The notes below the pieces were generated by a model. It worked only from the letters and a program-made list of their open reading frames with translations. It ran no database searches and was not told where the DNA came from. Of a DNA stretch of 64,000 nucleotides, positions 42,520 through 55,800 are shown one piece after another. The stretch is taken from the NCBI RefSeq assembly GCF_031769215.1, contig NW_026782433.1:310001-374000 (forward strand). The letters run 5' to 3'. Each line of letters begins with the position of its first letter. Positions within the stretch are counted from its first letter, which is position 1. A program made the translations under genes and the position numbers. This DNA is from Ylistrum balloti. Its lineage: Eukaryota.

Positions 42520-43200
42520 TTAAAATCAGCCTTTTACTTCGATCTTTATTTATTCTTTTCACCAAGCGTGATGATATCAAAATTTCATTTCCCCCCGTTT
42601 TGTAGATGGTAACAACATTGCTTCTCCAACTTATGGTGTTAAAATATCACAGTTGACTTGACATTTTAGTTTTTTGCTTCCAACACGTGTCACGATATGC
42701 AAGACAGACGTCTACAACTTACATAAAAAGAAACAACACCGGGTTTCGAAAGATGCAAGTTGATGAAGATATGACAATACATGACAATACTTGACATTGC
42801 AGTTACTTGGCTGGTATCGTTCTCCGGAACATCTTGTCTCCTTATGCAGGTTGATGAAAAATATGGAGAAGTCTTATGGACGTCTTGGTGATCTCGATGA
42901 GAAATATTCAGTTTCTTTGTACGATGAGAAGCTGGACGTGTTTGATGCTCTTAAGTTTGCGCGTTAGTTTCGTTGTTATATGCCTTGTTCTCATTTGAGA
43001 ACCCGGTATTATTTACTTGGGTTGACGAAAATTTACATGGTGGGTGTCGTTGATGAAGCAGAAGACGCTTACTCTTCCGGGACATATTGTCTTATTCTCT
43101 CTTTGAATTTTTTCAGAAGTGTCCGTGTAAATCTTTCTTTTGTTCGTATTTTGCCCGAGTTTTATTGATTTTGAGTTTGGGTTACGATCATGTTGACATG
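42520..43200 (+). mobile_element. Decayed reverse-transcriptase C-terminus plus 3' tail of a retroelement (Penelope-like or non-LTR)
   Basis: Frameshifted remnants SAFYFDLYL, TKRDDIKISFP, NNIASPTYGVKISQL and LMKNMEKSYGRLGDLDEKY match the recalled mollusc RT C-terminus (SASYLDL / DKRDDFNF / NIPSSPAYGVYISQL / KFYGRYxDL). The tail ggtgtcgttgatgaagcagaagacgcttactcttccgg has another copy on the minus strand near 7920-8010. Confidence 0.6.
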
Positions 43201-43752
43201 TTGGTATTTTCTCGATGTTTCTTTCAGCTTTCTTTGTCATTCCTTTGACACATATGTATTGTCTTGCTTTTTTTTAAATCTTTGTCAGTTTGTTCGTCTT
43301 CTTCGGTCACATTCTCATTGTTAACAGATAAACTCAAAATTTGTTTATTTTCATTAAAAAAATGGTTTATTGTAATGAATTATATAAAAATTAAATACTT
43401 GCACTGTTGCCGTAACATTGCGGTTGTATCCTGTATTTATATGACGTCATCAACACCTTAATAACTACCTGCAATTAAAGATTACAATCTAATTACAATT
43501 CCATATTAAACCGACAAACACATAAGTTTATTTGTCTACAGCAGAGAAAACCAGCATAAAATCTCCAAATGTCCACTCTGTTCATAATATATTGCGTTGT
43601 CTTTCATTTTCTTTGCTGATCAGTATATAAGCACTTTCGTTTTAAATTGTAGATGATCATTTGGTTAAGCAAATTAATACATTTTAGAAGGATATTTTGA
43701 AGAAACAAAAATACGATTAACTCTCTCTCCTACCCCCATCCCCCACCCTCCT

Positions 43753-44368
43753 NNNNNNNNNNNNNNNNNNNNNNNNNNNNNNNNNNNNNNNNNNNNNNNN
43801 NNNNNNNNNNNNNNNNNNNNNNNNNNNNNNNNNNNNNNNNNNNNNNNNNNNNNNNNNNNNNNNNNNNNNNNNNNNNNNNNNNNNNNNNNNNNNNNNNNNN
43901 NNNNNNNNNNNNNNNNNNNNNNNNNNNNNNNNNNNNNNNNNNNNNNNNNNNNNNNNNNNNNNNNNNNNNNNNNNNNNNNNNNNNNNNNNNNNNNNNNNNN
44001 NNNNNNNNNNNNNNNNNNNNNNNNNNNNNNNNNNNNNNNNNNNNNNNNNNNNNNNNNNNNNNNNNNNNNNNNNNNNNNNNNNNNNNNNNNNNNNNNNNNN
44101 NNNNNNNNNNNNNNNNNNNNNNNNNNNNNNNNNNNNNNNNNNNNNNNNNNNNNNNNNNNNNNNNNNNNNNNNNNNNNNNNNNNNNNNNNNNNNNNNNNNN
44201 NNNNNNNNNNNNNNNNNNNNNNNNNNNNNNNNNNNNNNNNNNNNNNNNNNNNNNNNNNNNNNNNNNNNNNNNNNNNNNNNNNNNNNNNNNNNNNNNNNNN
44301 NNNNNNNNNNNNNNNNNNNNNNNNNNNNNNNNNNNNNNNNNNNNNNNNNNNNNNNNNNNNNNNNNNNN
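43753..44368. other. Assembly gap (616 N)
   Basis: Run of N. Confidence 1.
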
Positions 44369-44704
44369 ATAATACTCTATTTGTTACCAGACTAGAAATA
44401 GAAAATATAATTTAATTTGATTCTGATATTGTGGTCTTCTAGTAGTTTAACTATACAATAAGTGTCTAGATGACGCAATCAAATCAAGATGTGTACCATG
44501 CCGGTAGTTCGGCCAGTTTAGCTGTGATTATTTGATAAAATTTTGTGAAATGGTATCACCTTATAACGTAATATTTGATCGTTGCAACGTAACCTTTAGA
44601 TTCATTTAGCTGTGCATTTGAAAGCCGATTACATCTTGAGGATGATAAATTCTAATGGCTGCGCATTGGTGAGTAGCTAAATCACAAAATTATTTTTAAA
44701 TGTT

Positions 44705-46720
44705 TCACTTACCTTTTCCTTTGCTTCCTCCTATTCCGCTTCTCATTCCACCTCCTATCACACGAATTCCGCCGATGCCACCGAATCCACTGCCCATTCC
44801 TCCGTAATTGCCTCCCCATCCACTTCCCATTCCACCGTAATTGCCTCTCCACATACCGCCCATTCCGCCGTAATTGCCTCCCCATCCTCTGCCCATTCCA
44901 CCGTAATTGCCTCCCCATCCACTTCCCATTCCGCCGAAGTTGCCTCTCCACATACCGCCCATTCCACCGTTATTGCCTCCCCATCCACCATATCCGCTTC
45001 CCATGCCGCCGTATCCACCATATCCACCGCCCATGCCGCCGTATCCACCATATCCACCGCCCATGCCGCCGTATCCACCATATCCACCGCCCATGCCGCC
45101 GTATCCACCATATCTGCCCATTCCGCCGTAATTGCCTCCCCATCCACCATATCTGCCCATTCCGCCGTAATTGCCTCCCCATCCACCATATCTACCCATT
45201 CCGCCGTAATTGCCTCCCCATCCACCATATCTACCCATTCCGCCGTAATTGCCTCCCCATCCACCATATCTACCCATTCCGCCGTAATTGCCTCCCCATC
45301 CACCATATCCACTGCCTATTCCATCCATATCATATCCTCTCGGTCCGTAATCATCCCAGCCTCCATGGCCTCCTCCCTTGCCGCCTTTAACAAAATAAAA
45401 GGACGTGATAACAGAATTGTTTTCACAATCTTTAATCAATTTCAAAATCGATGAAACAAAGAAAATCGTTCAGGATAGTTTACATCATCGTGTACACGTA
45501 GACAATATGGGGAAAATATATTAGTACAAATTATATCTACTGTAAAGACAAGACAATGTAAATTCAGATCTATCTAAGTAATGTAACGTTTCCAAAAAGC
45601 GAACAGGGTAAATAGCAAAGTAAGTGCTAGGCATATTAATGCGCGTCAGAAATATGTAACTTGATATTGTACATCACAATGGCGATCCGGTATTAAATAC
45701 TAGTCTCTCTCGATGGTTTTTTTAAAATAATGGTATCGTAGACGCTTGTATTGTCATTGTTAATTCTTGATCAATATTGTCGTAGATATTCGCATTGTCA
45801 CATGTTAGTTTTAGTTAATGATGTCGTTAATTCCAGTAAAGAATAATTCCAGTACCAGTATTTAAATTTCGTTGATAATTGCCTGGTGTGGAGTTGATAA
45901 TACTTTTTTTCTATGTTAATGTTAAAGAAAATTTGAATAATACAACCGGTAATAATCAACGTATCTATATGTAAAAAAGCAATATTATCTGAATTTGTGG
46001 AATTCTACATTTAACATATTCCTTATACAATATTTTTGTGTGGCTGAAATGCTAAATTACCACCAACGATACGATCACTGAAACTGTATTTTTGTTGTCG
46101 TTTACGGTGATATTTCATGCTGTGTGTGACAAATATATTAAGAACAATGAACAGAGGTTTTTTTTAGTACAAAACAAAATATGGAATAAAATCGCGAAAA
46201 TAAGTTTGACGATTTTCTAGAATTTTTTCGCGAATAAGTTAGTTGTCTGAAGCAACATTTGCAGTTATGTTTTTTTCACGTTACTAGTCATATGCCATTC
46301 ATATAGATATGAAAACGCTTGAGATTTTAATTTATATGTCCTAAAATATCCGTGTTAAAGCGCCTATACAACGAAATCAATGATGTGGTTATTTACTTTT
46401 AAGTAATTCAGTTCGACCCCGATTCCCATGTAAATATCATTTACGAAAGATTTTCAGCTACTACAGAGAAAAATGGCTCTGAGATTTCTTTTCTTTAAAT
46501 GATCCCAGCTACAGTGTTTAAATGAAAAGATAGATATGTTTTACTAACAGGACTCAGTTTTAAAGTGAGATATATTTTCACTTAAGCCTATGCTATATGT
46601 AAAGCCTGCCATTTATATCTATTAACATATCTCCTATGATGATGCAAGATATAGCATACCAGCGTTTACAATAGCGACCAGGAGAATTGTGGCAACTGAT
46701 GCATGTAGAAAGGCATTCAT
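44705..46720 (-). CDS. Secreted glycine-rich repeat structural protein (shell-matrix or hinge-ligament type)
   Basis: Signal-peptide exon 46720-46660 (MNAFLHASVATILLVAIVNA, phase-1 donor GTATGC) joins exon 45384-44713 of repeats YGGWGGNYGGMGR, YGGYGGMGGG and WRGNYGGMG. The ORF stops at 44705, but AAAG|GTAAGT at 44713/44712 is a strong donor, so a last exon may lie in or past the N gap. Confidence 0.85.
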
Positions 46721-46874
46721 CTGAAACAAAAAAAACCTGTTAAATGATGGAATTATGTAAGATAATCGTATCACAGCCCGGATCGGGATGATTGACAACC
46801 TGAACATTTTTCATGGTTCACAATATACAACGAGTGAGTTTTCTCTAGCTCTACAATTGAAGGGACTGAAAAAA

Positions 46875-47032
46875 TCACTTCGACTCAACCGAAATTTCGA
46901 CTCAATGAAATTCGAATCATCCGAACTAAAATTACAAAGATATAGAAGACAAAAAAATCGGGGCTTGAAAATCATTTCGACTTAAACGGAATTTCGACTC
47001 AAGCGATTTCGAGACAACGGGTTTCAACTGTA
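46875..47032. mobile_element. MITE / Tc1-mariner-like terminal fragment in intron 1 of the Gly-rich gene
   Basis: Repeated ttcgactcaa/ttcgaatcatccga motifs, ending gggtttcaactg-TA (CAGTTGAAACCC terminus with a TA). The other end is not found. Confidence 0.45.
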
Positions 47033-47316
47033 CCCGTATTCTGATTTTTTTTATACCCGTATAAACATAAACTTATCTATGTTTATCACTGTTACACGTC
47101 ATTTAAAAGTATACACATACTACAACCAGATGATAATAACATACCGATATATATATCTATTGTCTATGGTTTCTTTTTATCCAAGACAAAAATCCTTTTG
47201 AATACGTTTTATTTATCTAATGGTTATATGAAAATGGTAAAAAAAATTGAACAGAAATTGATTTTCTCAAAGATGTTAATTGTACGTTAAAGAAACTAAA
47301 ATCACCCCTTACTTAC

Positions 47317-47400
47317 CTTGGTTCCAGGTGACAGGAGAACACTGGACAACCTGATCTTGGCCGGAGTGGTGATCGGGAAGACCAGACTGGACATTTTATA
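47317..47400 (-). promoter_or_regulatory. TATA box and non-coding first exon of the Gly-rich gene
   Basis: TATAAAA at 47400-47394 on the minus strand, a pyrimidine-rich Inr-like stretch about 25-30 nt downstream, and a CAAG|GTAAGT donor at 47317/47316. Confidence 0.55.
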
Positions 47401-48354
47401 CAGGAGCGCGGAGTTTTGACATCTTTTTTTTGAGTTTGTCAAAGGTGAGGAACATACCTATGATCAAAGCGGCATTGTTTACATACTAAGAAAGAAAGAA
47501 ACACCGAGTTCAACATCGACTTAACACAGAATGACCCTGTAATATCGTGTTTATTGTCAAATCACTGCTACAAAGACAACAACAATCAGGTCTTGTTTTT
47601 GTTTGATTTTTAACATTAATAAATGAATATGATGTTAACAGGCCACCGGATGTGACACATTGATAGCTGACCCCAGTGTCAAAGAGAAATGATAAACTGA
47701 ATGATATTTTTTGATAAATAATATAGTGATAATATAATAATTCAAACTGAAAACATGCTTGTTCTTAGAATTAAATACACTCTCAGCTAATACAGCGTAA
47801 AATATCAAATTATTGGTAAAGTTGATCTTTTAAGTATAGAATGAGATATAGTAGAATCAAACAGTGATATAAATTATATCATACAGCTGCTTCGTCATTC
47901 GAAGATGGTCGGGACCAAAACGTTTTATTCGACTGTACAAGGTAACATTGTGATCTCTACATAAGCTGAATGGAAAGGTAGATTTAGAAGCAATTACATT
48001 TTACTATAAACGACTAAATATTGAGTGTTATTTTCTGTGTCTGTGTTGTATATCACTCTTACTTTCAATATCACATTTCACAAATATGACTTTATATAAC
48101 ATGCTTTTGGCTCTGAAATGTAAACTGATTATCTTCTTTCAAGAAGCTTGTAAAGGAAAAAAGGCAAGGTTATAAGCTGAACAACAAGTATTCTTTTAGT
48201 TCAAATTATTGGGGAGTTTGTTGCTTGGTATGTACTCTGTATAGACTTAGAATAAAGATGTGAGGTTTTTTGTTGTTAAAGTTTAAAGTGGTGGGGAGGG
48301 GGGGCGGTTTAATTAATCTTATTTGCACGTGTTTTGGGTTTTTTTTGTAGAAAA

Positions 48355-48407
48355 CGTTCCTCTCGAAATTTTGTTCTTCTTAATACGGCAGAATTTCGAG
48401 AGGAACG
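48355..48407. repeat. Perfect 16-bp inverted repeat with 21-nt spacer
   Basis: cgttcctctcgaaatt (48355-48370) and aatttcgagaggaacg (48392-48407). Confidence 0.9.
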
Positions 48408-48730
48408 CTCTCTAAAAAAAAAAAAAAAAACATGCAAACAAGATTAACTGACCTTTGGTAAAATAGAAATAAAGGAATTAACCGAATCACTTGTTTATGA
48501 TAACGTGATAGATTACAACGCTCAAACCAACACACAATACCCAGTGTATCCTTTGCACGTATAACATCAACTATCTCAAAGTTTGTAAATATTTTGTTTA
48601 CTGTTTTAAACATCTGTTACCTTGTTATTAAGGAAGTAAACGACACCATGGTGGTTGTAAGTAGAGATAGAGTTACTATTAAACCCCCTTTCCGCCTTTT
48701 TTTTGTATTACTGTAGACGGATGTACATTT

Positions 48731-48761
48731 GAAATCGAAAGTGAAAGTACCGGGAATTCCC
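48731..48761 (+). promoter_or_regulatory. ISRE/IRF-E-like element adjacent to an NF-kB site, upstream of the STAND gene
   Basis: GAAATCGAAAGTGAAAGT (48731-48748, three GAAA cores at 6-nt spacing) and palindromic GGGAATTCCC (48752-48761). A YY1-like CGCCATTTT follows near 48802, then a donor AAAGG|GTAAGT at 48873 that could splice to AAAG|CGACGATG at 49863. Confidence 0.65.
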
Positions 48762-49868
48762 GTAATTCAGAACAGCCTGGATATTTTCATCAGGGTACGT
48801 TACGCCATTTTGAATACGGACGGCCACTAAACATGTTAAGTTTTATAAGAAGAGGAACTGAGAGATAGAAAGGGTAAGTTAAATCTGGAACCGTAAATGC
48901 TATCATTATTAGATAAGCACCATTTTTCTCGAAATCAAGGCAGATACGTATACTTTAATATAATAGATAGGGTCCAAAGGTTAGGGTTAGCCACTTATAA
49001 CTTAAATTGACAACCGCTGTTGGCCAAACGATTAAATAACACTCCTTCTTTGTGTAATCTAGACCATACTATCACGTCGGATAAGATTAAGACTCTTCAA
49101 GCATTGCAAAAAAGTGTTGACCTTTTCATAGCAGGCTTCGATTTAGTTTGTCATAGACGATGAAGTAATTTGGCCTGAATAAGTGTAATAACATTATGTT
49201 TGTTGTCTTTATGCATCCATGACGACGTGATGTTTTTATCCAAGAGATAAGAAATAGTTTGTAAACTCTTCTAAGTGTATGCTTTATAAACACGTTAATA
49301 TATTTGAACCGCAGTTTTGTCTTTGACTTTGAGTTTCAAATTTTATAATATTATTACTCAGTTTATGAAAAAAGCTCCTAATATGTGTGTGGAAACTTGT
49401 AGAAACCATGCTATACCTAGAACCCAAAGGTAGTGCTAATTGCATGATAGTGTAGAAGAGAAAGGGATGACGAAACTCACTTAATAATATTATGTTCCGT
49501 TTAATCAAAATTGAGAATATCTAATATTAAGACGTATATTTACTGCCGCCCCTCTATACAAGTTAACTAAATTATCTGCTAGTAAAAATGTAAAACCTTG
49601 AGAAACTTATGAAAATAATTGAGTATGCCTCGTCGAAAATGAATATCAATTCCGAATGTTTGTTATCACATTGTTGTATCGTACACTGTTATTGTGTCAA
49701 CAATTACTTTTATCAGTGTTGTTGATAATATATATACATTTGATTCAGTATGTGTCTTCCGCCATCTTGTAAACATGGATGTTATTATGTATATATTTTT
49801 TGTTGTATATTCTATATGCTATGCTACACTTGGAATAAACTGAGCTTGAACCCTGTTTTAAAGCGACG

Positions 49869-52800
49869 ATGGGTGTCGATTTGGCAGTGTACCGTGCACG
49901 GGTAGGCTTATTTGTGCCTCGACCAGTGAATGGTATATTAACAAACATTGGATACCTGTACAAAGCTATCGCCAGTGTCCGGGGAGCCTTGACATGTAAC
50001 AAGATGAACAGAGATGGGGCTGTTCCATTTATTGAACTACTGTTGATGGCACAAGGAATTGAACCTAACCCAGGACCACAAAAGAGAAATCAACAAGTAT
50101 GTTATTTTTAATCTTCTGTCACTTCTAGTTTATGTTTAAGAATTTTTTTTAAAACCAATCATCTGAATGTGTGATTGCCGAGGTCGGTGTAACTTTGATA
50201 AACTTGTGGGAATGCTCGTAAGAAAAACCATGTTGCATTACACAAGCCTTAACATCAAATAAAATGACATCGTAGTAACTTTGTCTACTGTTCTCAAACT
50301 CAAGTATTATATCAGTCATATGGTTTTGTTTTGATCTTTTTTTTCATTGTCGGATACAATGATCGTCACAAGTTCTTATATGTGTGTTACATATACTTAC
50401 AGTCGTCTACAGATGAACAGAGTGAAGACACAGGTGATACTAACATCAGGATGGGTAAATATGTTACATTTACAGTTATATTAGTTACAATTTCATAACA
50501 TACGATATATCACTCTATATTTCATTAATTATGAAATTACAAAAATTTTATATCACCATCTCATTAGCAGCCAGAGGTGGGGGAGGGGAGGTAGGGGGTA
50601 TGTCCCCTGGTACAAATACTAACGACATGGGAATATAGGAGATAATGTAAACAAATCGAGGTTTCCTCTAAATGAATATCAAAAACGACAAATATCGCAC
50701 TACTTTTATCAGATAGAGGCATAATTCATAGGAAGCAATGACTTACTTCGTGTAATTTGCCCTTATTCTGTTGGCATTCACATCGCTCATGAATGCCAAC
50801 TGAAATAGTATCAATGGTTAAATATCATTGATGAAATCGAATCGTTATAAAAGTATATAATTAACGGACAATGTTTCTAAAGGCAATAAAAATCAACTTT
50901 TAAGACTTCTGAAAGGGTAAAACAAATCTATAAAAAAATATCATACTAGCAAAATGGAGGAAAACAAATTATTCTCAGAGCTGAATACACGGCCTGGAAA
51001 TGACTACAGATGACAACCAGGAAACAATCGTTAACAATTCAGTAACATTGTATATAGAATTGCTATTCACTCGTCTTTTGTACAATCCTCTATCGGAATA
51101 AAACTTAATATCTATCAATATGACATTATTTTTATTATTGGATTTTGACAAAGGTCATTATTCATGAATTGCCTTTCACAAAAATGTCATTGTTCGTGAA
51201 TTGCCTTTTACACAAAGGTCCAAAGAAGGCCACGAATTTGTCAATTCATTTACAGAGACAAGCCTTTTATTTTTTGCCATCAGTTTTTCGATAATCAACT
51301 GACAAATTTAGCACAACATCATATTAATATTGTCTTTTTCAATGTTTTTTGGTTTTAAATATTATAAAAGTCGTATTATCGTGAAGGCTCATTGGCTCTA
51401 CTTTTCTCTAGTACAGTAGCTGCATAGTAAAAATTAAAACTGTGTTTGTTTAAAAGACCACTTTCTATCGTATTTATAATTTATCTTGAGTATTGGCATT
51501 TACAAGTGAAGACAAATGTAATTTAAAGACTGAAAGTTTTTTTTTCTGAAAACTTCATTTCAATTTTCACATTTATAATTATCAGGCTTTAACGTAAATC
51601 CAGAAAGTGTTGAGGGGATACGGCAGTTAATGGAGTCTCTACAGCCGATAGGCAATCCTAGTGACCAAGACAGTCCAAATAGTGAGGGTGCAGTTGCAGT
51701 AGCCATACCTGGCCAGTCTGGAGCTGTTGCCATGCCAACTAATGTGACTCCAGGTGATGCATCTAAAATACATAATTTATGTGATGGTATTCAATGTTAA
51801 TCAATAATATTGATAAATAATTTTTCGTATTTATTGTCCGAGTCAGTATTTTTAAAAGTAAAAGATAATGCCGAATTTCAGACAAAAAATTAACTATGAA
51901 GGGTTCTGATTAGCCTCCATTCTGATTAACTGTTATGTATGAAATCGATTATGTCAGTATTGAATTTAATTATAGACGCGTCTTATAGAATTTAACTGGA
52001 ACTACATCTAATCTACAATACCTTTTCAGAGTACATTTTTTTTCTACCCAAATATCGTTTTACGTTTCATATCCATTGTATATGTGTATAAGTACTATGT
52101 AGTTACTCTACCAGACATTCAGTAAGGCATTCTATTACTGATATTTGCTTTTATCTATTTCAATAGGACAATTCTATTTATGAATTAAAACATATATTAT
52201 ATGTCTGTCATTAATATGCCTCTAAGCGGGGAAAACAGTTTTATGATTCAGTTCCAAAGTGTATTACAGGGCATTGGTTAATGTGATCTTGGTTCCGTTT
52301 TTATAGATAGTATCCATATATATATATTTATATCGTAATATCATAGACATGATCGTTCAAATACACAACACCAAAGTAGTAAACAATAAAATAGGAGAAA
52401 TTATATTCCCTGCTTGACTAATTGAAAAATAACACCCACCACCTTATCCCGGGCTTTTTATTTCTAGAATATAAAAAATGATAATGAAATTGAACATTTC
52501 ACTTTTGTTCAGATAGATAAGAAAAGGTAAGGGGTCACCTGCCCGACCACATGGGTTTTCCACAGGTATTCCTGTTTCCTCCCACAATAAGACCCCTTGT
52601 GCGCTATATATATCAGATAGATATGTCTGATTCTAATTTCAAACAAAGGGATAAGCAAGTATAAGTATCTATCTGAGCTGTTTTACGAAAAAAAAATCTT
52701 GGGGCAAGTAGCCAGTTCCTAGTCTTCCACATATCCTTTGAAACTAATAATATAATTGAATTCCTAGTCAATGAGCATGTGAACTACATACGTACATGGA

Positions 52801-55800
52801 GTGTAATGAAATTTTGTTTCATTGTACTACTCAACCAACTTCATTGAAATGGTATTTTAACTGGAATGGACTGTAGAATGTATATGATCAAAGGGAAACA
52901 ACTCATTTAATCTTTGGAACCAAGAGCTCATGTTTAAACACCGTATGTAGAAGACACTTTCTCACAATATTTATCACGTCCATTACATGTCCAAACTATA
53001 ATAAAAAGTCCTCTTCCCCAGATAGGGGTAGGCATTTAGAAGAAATATCTAACAAAATTTTCCAAAAACCTAACTTGTATTGAAAATATCATTATTCACC
53101 TAAACCAATCAGAATCATTTATACATATCCATTTGGGTTAAGAAACGTCCAAGAGTGAAAATATCACTGAGAGATTTTCCAGGTTGATCTTTATATGAAA
53201 AAAGCTCATAATATCAGTACTGATTAAAATTCAGGAGAAACTCAAAATGAGACAGTTAAACAGAACAGTCAGGGCAATTGAGAGTATGTGAGTACTTAAA
53301 CAGAACAGTCAGGGCTATTGAGAGTGTGCGAGTACTGAAACAGAACAGTCAGGGCAATTGAGAGTGTGCGAGTACTTAAACAGAACAGGCAGGGCAATTG
53401 AGAGTGTGCGAGTACTTAAACAGAACAGGCAGGGCAATTGAGAGTGTGCGAGTACTGAAACAGAACAGTCAGGGCTATTGAGAGTATGTGAGTACTTAAA
53501 CAGAACAGGCAGGGCAATTGAGAGTATGTGAGTACTTAAACAGAATAGTCAGGGCTATTGAGAGTATGTGAGTACTTAAACAGAACAGTCAGGGCAATTG
53601 AGAGTATGTGAGTACTTAAACAGAATAGGCAGGGCAATTGAGAGTATGTGAGTACTTAAACAGAATAGTCAGGGCTATTGAGAGTATGTGAGTACTTAAA
53701 CAGAACAGTCAGGGCAATTGAGAGTATGTGAGTACTTAAACAGAACAGGCAGGGCAATTGAGAGTATGTGAGTCCTTAAACAGAACAGGCAGGGCTATTG
53801 AGAGTATGTGAGTCCTTAAACAGAACAGGCAGGGCAATTGAGAGTATGTGAGTACTTAAACAGAACAGGCAGGGCAATTGAGAGTATGTGAGTAGTTAAA
53901 CAGAACAGGCAGGGCAATTGAGAGTATGTGAGTACTTAAACAGAACAGTCAGGGCTATTGAGAGTATGTGAGTACTTAAACAGAACAGTCAGGGCTATTG
54001 AGAGTATAGAGTATGTGAGTACTGAAACAGAACAGTCAGGGCTATTGAGAGTATGTGAGTACTTAAACAGAACAGTCAGGGCAATTGAGAGTATGTTAGT
54101 ACTTAAACAGAACAGTCAGGGCTATTGAGAGTATGCGAGTACTTAAACAGAACAGTCAGGGCAATTGAGAGTATGTGAGTACTTAAACAGAACAGTCAGG
54201 GCTATTGAGAGTATGTGAGTACTTAAACAGAACAGTCAGGGCTATTGAGAGTATGTGAGTACTTAAACAGAACAGTCAGGGCTATTGAGAGTATGTGAGT
54301 ACTTAAACAGAACAGGCAGGGCAATTGAGAGTATGTGAGTACTTAAACAGAATAGGCAGGGCTATTGAGAGTATGTGAGTACTTAAACAGAATAGGCAGG
54401 GCTATTGAGAGTATGTGAGTACTTAAACAGAATAGGCAGGGCTATTGAGAGTATGTGAGTACTTAAACAGAACAGGCAGGGCAATTGAGAGTATGTGAGT
54501 ACTTAAACAGAACAGTCAGGGCTATTGAGAGTATGTGAGTACTTAAACAGAACAGGCAGGGCAATTGAGAGTATGTGAGTACTTAAACAGAACAGTCAGG
54601 GCTATTGAGAGTATGTGAGTACTTAAACAGAACAGTCAGGGCTATTGAGAGTATGTGAGTACTTAAACAGAACAGTCAGGGCTATTGAGAGTATGTGAGT
54701 ACTTAAACAGAACAGTCAGGGCTATTGAGAGTATGTGAGTACTTAAACAGAACAGTCAGGGCTATTGAGAGTATGTGAGTACTTAAACAGAACAGTCAGG
54801 GCTATTGAGAGTATGTTAGTACTTAAACAGAACAGTCAAGGATATTGAGAGTGTGCGAGTACTTAAACAGAACAGTCAGGGCTATTGAGAGTATGTGAGT
54901 ACTTAAACAGAACAGTCAGGGCTATTGAGAGTATGTGAGTACTTAAACAGAACAGTCAGGGCTATTGAGAGTATGTGAGTACTTAAACAGAACAGTCAGG
55001 GCTATTGAGAGTATGTGAGTACTTAAACAGAACAGTCAGGGCTATTGAGAGTATGTGAGTACTTAAACAGAACAGTCAGGGCTATTGAGAGTATGTTAGT
55101 ACTTAAACAGAACAGTCAAGGATATTGAGAGTGTGCGAGTACTTAAACAGAACAGTCAGGGCTATTGAGAGTATGTGAGTACTTAAACAGAACAGTCAGG
55201 GCTATTGAGAGTATGTGAGTACTTAAACAGAACAGTCAGGGCTATTGAGAGTATGTGAGTACTTAAACAGAACAGTCAGGGCTATTGAGAGTATGTGAGT
55301 ACTTAAACAGAACAGTCAGGGCTATTGAGAGTATGTGAGTACTTAAACAGAACAGTCAGGGCTATTGAGAGTATGTGAGTACTTAAACAGAACAGTCAGG
55401 GCTATTGAGAGTATGTTAGTACTTAAACAGAACAGTCAAGGATATTGAGAGTGTGCGAGTACTTAAACAGAACAGTCAGGGCTATTGAGAGTATGTGAGT
55501 ACTTAAACAGAACAGTCAGGGCAATTGAGAGTATGTGAGTACTTAAACAGAACAGTCAGGACTATTGAGAGTATGTGAGTACTTAAACAGAACAGTCAAG
55601 GATATTGAGAGTGTGCGAGTACTTAAACAGAACAGGCAGGGCAATTGAGAGTGTGCGAGTACTTAAACAGAACAGGCAGGGCAATTGAGAGTATGTGAGT
55701 ACTTAAACAGAACAGGCAGGGCTATTGAGAGTATAAAGTATGTGAGTACTGAAACAGAACAGTCAGGGCAATTGAGAGTGTGCGAGTACTTAAACAGAAT

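Noticed and set aside
44709-45312. Pro-rich plus-strand ORF 44907-45131 and alternate-frame minus ORFs (MDMVDGEAITAEW..., MGRQLRRNG...)
   Set aside because: They are antisense or frame shadows of the Gly-rich repeat exon. Only the Gly frame joins the signal-peptide exon.
47317-47485. Cys-rich minus-strand frame with an in-frame TGA (CKQCRFDHRYVPHL*QTQKK...SCIKCP), considered as a selenoprotein exon
   Set aside because: It is better explained as promoter (TATAAAA) plus a non-coding first exon. The next exon has its own ATG and signal peptide, and I saw no SECIS.
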